From Eledone cirrhosa (lineage: Eukaryota): 64,000 bases of DNA. The stretch is taken from the NCBI GenBank assembly GCA_964016885.1, contig OZ024741.1, forward strand, positions 398,908,001-398,972,000, written 5' to 3'. The position numbers were made by a program, and so were the translations under genes. How positions within the stretch are numbered: the stretch's first letter is position 1; every line of letters starts with the position of its first letter. Shown piece after piece: positions 57,301 to 64,000 of this stretch. The notes beneath the pieces are model-generated. The model worked only from the letters and a program-made list of their open reading frames with translations. It was not told where the DNA came from and did not search any database.

Positions 57301-60300
57301 ACACTATATAATATACTATATCATACACTATATCATACACTATATCATACACTATATCATTCAGTATACCATACTCTATATCATACACTATATAATACAC
57401 TATATCATACACTATATCATACATTATATCATACACTATATCATACACTATATCATATACTATATCATACTTTATAAAATACACTATATCATATACTATA
57501 CCATACATTATATCATACACTATACAATACAATATATCATACTCTATATCATACACTATATCATACACTATATAATACACTATACCATACACTATATCAT
57601 ACTCTATATCATACACTATATCATACACTATATCATACACTATATCATATACTATATCATACACTATACCATACTCTATATCATACACTATATCATACAC
57701 TATATCATACACTATATCATACACTATATCATACACTATATAATATACTATATCATACACTATATCATATACTATATCATACACTATATCATACACTAAA
57801 CCATACACTATATCATAAACTATATCATATACTATATAATATACTATATCATACACTATATCATATACTATATCAAACACTATATCATACACTATATCAT
57901 ATACTATTTCATACACTATATCATACACTATATCATATACTATATCATACACTATATCATATACTATATCATACAGTATACCATGCTCTATGTCATACAC
58001 TATATCGTACACTATATCATACACTATATCATACATTTTACTATACTCTATATCATATACTATATCATACACTAAATCATACACGATATCATACACTATA
58101 ACATACACTATACCATACTCTATATCATACTCTATATCATACACTATATCATACACTATACGATACATTATATCATACTCTATGTCATACACTATATCAT
58201 ACAATATCATACACTATATCATACACTATATCATACACTAAACCATACACTATATCATAAACTATATCATATACTATATAATATACTATATCATGCACTA
58301 TATCATATATTATATCATATACTATATCATATACTATATCAATCACTATATCATACACTATACAATATACTATATCATACACTATATCATAAATTATATC
58401 ATACACAATATCATTCACTATCCCATACTCTATACCATACACTATATAATACACTATATCATACACTATATCATACATTATATCATACACTATATCATAC
58501 ACTGTACCATATACTATATCATACTTTATATCATACACTATATCATAGACTATACCAGACAATATATCATACACTATACCATACAATATATCATACTCTA
58601 TATCATACACTATTTCATACACTATATAATACACTATACCATACACTATATCATACTCTATATCATACACTATATCATACACTATACCATACACTATATC
58701 ATACACTATACCATATACTATATCATACACTATATCATACACTATATCATACACTATATACTTCACTATATCATACACTATAACATACACTATATCATTC
58801 ACTACATCATATATTATATCATACACTATATCATATACTATATCATACACTATATCATACACTATATCATATACTATATGAAATACTATATCATACACTA
58901 TATCATATAATATTTCATACACTATATCATACACTATATCATATACTATATCATACACTATATCATACACTATATCATACACTATATCATATACAATATC
59001 AAACACTATATCATATACTATATCATATACTATATCATACACTATACCATGCTCTATATCATACACTATACCATACACTATATCCTATACTATATCATAT
59101 ACTATATCATATACTATATCATACACTATATCATACAATATATCATACACTATACCATAAACTATACCATGCACTATATAATACACTATACCATACACTA
59201 TATCATACACTATATCATACACTATATCATACACTATATCATACACTATATTATACAATATAACATATATTATATCATACACTATATCATATACTATATC
59301 ATACAGTATATTATACACTATATCATACACTATACCGTACACTATATCATACTCTATGTCATACACTATATAATACACTACATCATACACTATACCATAC
59401 ACTATATCATACACTATATCATATACTATATCATACACTATTTCATACACTATATCATACACTATATCATATACTATATCATACAATATATCATATACTA
59501 TATCATACATTATACCATGATCTATGTCATACACTATATCGTACACTATATCATACATTTTACTATACTCTATATCACATATTATATCATACACTAAATC
59601 GTACACGATATCATACACTATAACATACACTATACCATACTCTATATCATACTCTATATCATACACTATATCGTACACTATACCATACATTATATCATAC
59701 TCTATGTCATACACTATATCATACAATATCATACACTATATCATACACTATATCATACACTAAACCATACACTATATCATATACTATATCATATACTATA
59801 TCATACACTATATCATACACCATATCATACACTATATCATACACTATACCATACACTATATCATACACTATATCATACACTATATCATACACTATATCAT
59901 ACACTATACCATACACTATATCATATACTATATCAGATACTATATCATATACTATATCATACATTATATCATACAATATATCATACACTATACAATACAG
60001 TAAACCATACACTATATAATACACTATACCATACACTATATCATACACTATATCATACACTATATCATACACTATATCATACAATATATCATACAATATA
60101 ACATATATTATATCATACACTATATCATATAGTATATCATACAGTATATTATAAACTATGTTATACACTATACCGTACACTATATCATACTCTATGTCAT
60201 ACATTATATCATACACTATATCATATACTATACAATACATATATCTTACAATATATCATATATTATATCATACACTATATCATACACTATATCATACACA

Positions 60301-63300
60301 ATACCATACACTATATCATACACTATACCATACTCTATATCATACACTATATCATATGCTATATCATACACTATATCATACACTATACCATACACTATAT
60401 CATACACTATAAAATACTCTATATCATACACTATATCCTATACTATACATACACTATATCATACACTATGCCATACAATATATCATACAATATACCATAC
60501 TCTATATCATACACTATATCATACACTATATCATATACTATATCATACACTATATCATATACTATATCATACAGTATACCATGCTCTATGTCATACACTA
60601 TATCGTACACTATATCATACACTATATCATACATTTTACTATACTCTATATCATATACTATATCATACACTAAATCATACACGATATCATACACTATAAC
60701 ATACACTATACCATACTCTATATCATACTCTATATCATACACTATATCATACACTATACGATACATTATATCATACTCTATGTCATACACTATATCATAC
60801 AATATCATACACTATATCATACACTATATCATACACTAAACCATACACTATATCATAAACTATATCATATACTATATAATATACTATATCATGCACTATA
60901 TCATATATTATATCATATACTATATCATATACTATATCAATCACTATATCATACACTATACAATATACTATATCATACACTATATCATAAATTATATCAT
61001 ACACAATATCATTCACTATCCCATACTCTATACCATACACTATATAATACACTATATCATACACTATATCATACATTATATCATACACTATATCATACAC
61101 TGTACCATATACTATATCATACTTTATATCATACACTATATCATAGACTATACCAGACAATATATCATACACTATACCATACAATATATCATACTCTATA
61201 TCATACACTATTTCATACACTATATAATACACTATACCATACACTATATCATACTCTATATCATACACTATATCATACACTATACCATACACTATATCAT
61301 ACACTATACCATATACTATATCATACACTATATCATACACTATATCATACACTATATACTTCACTATATCATACACTATAACATACACTATATCATTCAC
61401 TACATCATATATTATATCATACACTATATCATATACTATATCATACACTATATCATACACTATATCATATACTATATGAAATACTATATCATACACTATA
61501 TCATATAATATTTCATACACTATATCATACACTATATCATATACTATATCATACACTATATCATACACTATATCATACACTATATCATATACAATATCAA
61601 ACACTATATCATATACTATATCATATACTATATCATACACTATACCATGCTCTATATCATACACTATACCATACACTATATCCTATACTATATCATATAC
61701 TATATCATATACTATATCATACACTATATCATACAATATATCATACACTATACCATAAACTATACCATGCACTATATAATACACTATACCATACACTATA
61801 TCATACACTATATCATACACTATATCATACACTATATCATACACTATATTATACAATATAACATATATTATATCATACACTATATCATATACTATATCAT
61901 ACAGTATATTATACACTATATCATACACTATACCGTACACTATATCATACTCTATGTCATACACTATATAATACACTACATCATACACTATACCATACAC
62001 TATATCATACACTATATCATATACTATATCATACACTATTTCATACACTATATCATACACTATATCATATACTATATCATACAATATATCATATACTATA
62101 TCATACATTATACCATGATCTATGTCATACACTATATCGTACACTATATCATACATTTTACTATACTCTATATCACATATTATATCATACACTAAATCGT
62201 ACACGATATCATACACTATAACATACACTATACCATACTCTATATCATACTCTATATCATACACTATATCGTACACTATACCATACATTATATCATACTC
62301 TATGTCATACACTATATCATACAATATCATACACTATATCATACACTATATCATACACTAAACCATACACTATATCATATACTATATCATATACTATATC
62401 ATACACTATATCATACACCATATCATACACTATATCATACACTATACCATACACTATATCATACACTATATCATACACTATATCATACACTATATCATAC
62501 ACTATACCATACACTATATCATATACTATATCAGATACTATATCATATACTATATCATACATTATATCATACAATATATCATACACTATACAATACAGTA
62601 AACCATACACTATATAATACACTATACCATACACTATATCATACACTATATCATACACTATATCATACACTATATCATACAATATATCATACAATATAAC
62701 ATATATTATATCATACACTATATCATATAGTATATCATACAGTATATTATAAACTATGTTATACACTATACCGTACACTATATCATACTCTATGTCATAC
62801 ATTATATCATACACTATATCATATACTATACAATACATATATCTTACAATATATCATATATTATATCATACACTATATCATACACTATATCATACACAAT
62901 ACCATACACTATATCATACACTATACCATACTCTATATCATACACTATATCATATGCTATATCATACACTATATCATACACTATACCATACACTATATCA
63001 TACACTATAAAATACTCTATATCATACACTATATCCTATACTATACATACACTATATCATACACTATGCCATACAATATATCATACAATATACCATACTC
63101 TATATCATACACTATATCATACACTATATCATATACTATATCATACACTATATCAATCACTATATCATACACTATATAATATACTATATCATACACTATA
63201 TCATACACTATATCATACACTATATCATTCAGTATACCATACTCTATATCATACACTATATAATACACTATATCATACACTATATCATACATTATATCAT

Positions 63301-63520
63301 ACACTATATCATACACTATATCATATACTATATCATACTTTATAAAATACACTATATCATATACTATACCATACATTATATCATACACTATACAATACAA
63401 TATATCATACTCTATATCATACACTATATCATACACTATATAATACACTATACCATACACTATATCATACTCTATATCATACACTATATCATACACTATA
63501 TCATACACTATACCATACAC
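54330..63520 (+). repeat. Three-copy higher-order array (offsets 3,306/3,270, then 2,598 bp)
   Basis: 54684/57990 and 54891/58197 (3306); 55815/59085, 56449/59719 and 57173/60443 (3270); 58197/60795, 59085/61683, 59719/62317 and 60443/63041 (2598). Marker tatatacttcac at about 55449, 58755 and 61353. Confidence 0.93.
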
Positions 63521-64000
63521 TATATCCTATACTATATCATATACTATATCATATACTATATCATACACTATATCATACAATATATCATACACTATACCAT
63601 ACACTATACCATACACTATATCATACACTATACCATACTCTATATCATACACTATAGCCTATACTATACATACACTATATCATACACTATACCATACACT
63701 ATATCATACACTATACCATACTCTATATCATACAGTATATCATACACTATATCATACACTATATCATACACTATATCAATCTCCATATCATACACTATAT
63801 AATATACTATATCATACACTATATCATACACTATATCATACACTATATCATTCACTATACCATACTCTATATCATACACTATATAATACACTATATCATA
63901 CACTATATCATACATTATATCATATACTATATCATACACTATATCATATACTATATCATACTCTATATCATACACTATATCATAGACTATAACATACACT

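Larger units (their letters stand above)
1..64000 (+). repeat. 12-bp satellite DNA array, consensus CATACACTATAT, about 5,300 head-to-tail monomers, running off both window ends
   Basis: Every line reads as repeats of catacactatat with scattered substitutions (CATATACTATAT, CATACTCTATAT, CATACACTATAC, CATACAATATAT, CATACATTATAT, CATACACTAAAC). ORF translations are (YDIV)n, (HTLY)n, (IHYI)n and (YTIS)n throughout. Orientation never flips. Confidence 0.99.

Noticed and set aside
38-63999. All ORFs in the six-frame track as protein-coding genes
   Set aside because: They are direct translations of the 12-bp monomer, overlap on both strands and several frames, contain no non-repeat domain, and are broken by freely occurring stops and frameshifts.
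1-64000. CRISPR-like or other repeat-spacer array
   Set aside because: Monomers abut directly with no unique spacers, leader or associated genes. Variation is point mutation and duplication.
1-64000. Telomerase-synthesised telomeric repeat, suggested by the strict G/C strand asymmetry
   Set aside because: The monomer has no G runs, and variants are propagated in kilobase duplicated blocks, which fits recombination or replication-based amplification rather than templated addition. A subtelomeric location cannot be excluded.
1-64000. CACTA transposon termini
   Set aside because: CACTA is simply part of every monomer. There is no inverted partner end, target-site duplication or transposase.
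1-64000. TATA-like and GATA-like (TGATAT on the - strand) regulatory motifs
   Set aside because: These are unavoidable by-products of an AT-rich monomer with no gene to regulate, and TGATAT is not the WGATAR consensus.
1-64000. Sequencing artefact or synthetic low-complexity sequence
   Set aside because: Variant strings are faithfully shared between distant blocks with a nested, lineage-like pattern of differences, as expected for a real evolving array. Individual near-identical copies still need read validation.

Overview
The whole 64 kb window is one uninterrupted, head-to-tail tandem array (satellite DNA) of a 12-bp monomer, consensus 5'-CATACACTATAT-3' (reverse complement read as TATGATATAGTG). 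That is about 5,300 copies (64000/12), 25% GC, with all consensus C on the + strand and all consensus G on the - strand. I saw no inversion, unique-sequence island, transposon, RNA gene or credible protein-coding gene. Every ORF in the track follows from the monomer being a multiple of 3 and stop-free in 4 of 6 frames (HTLY, IHYI, YTIS on +; YDIV on -). The informative structure lies above the monomer. Point variants and small register-shifting indels act as barcodes for nested kilobase-scale tandem duplications with offsets of about 2.6-2.8 kb, 3,386, 2,285/2,309, about 3.1-3.2 kb, 8,435 with a nested 2,840, 1,722, 3,306/3,270 and 2,598 bp, plus 36, 192, 240 and 324-bp sub-periods. The monomer is quasi-palindromic, and its commonest variant is (AT)5 with a C inserted every 5 nt. 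This most likely represents eukaryotic heterochromatic satellite. I do not recognise the family or organism, and I found no evidence for a new gene-encoded system. Block boundaries are approximate; offsets come from matched ORF-track coordinates and diagnostic variants read by eye.
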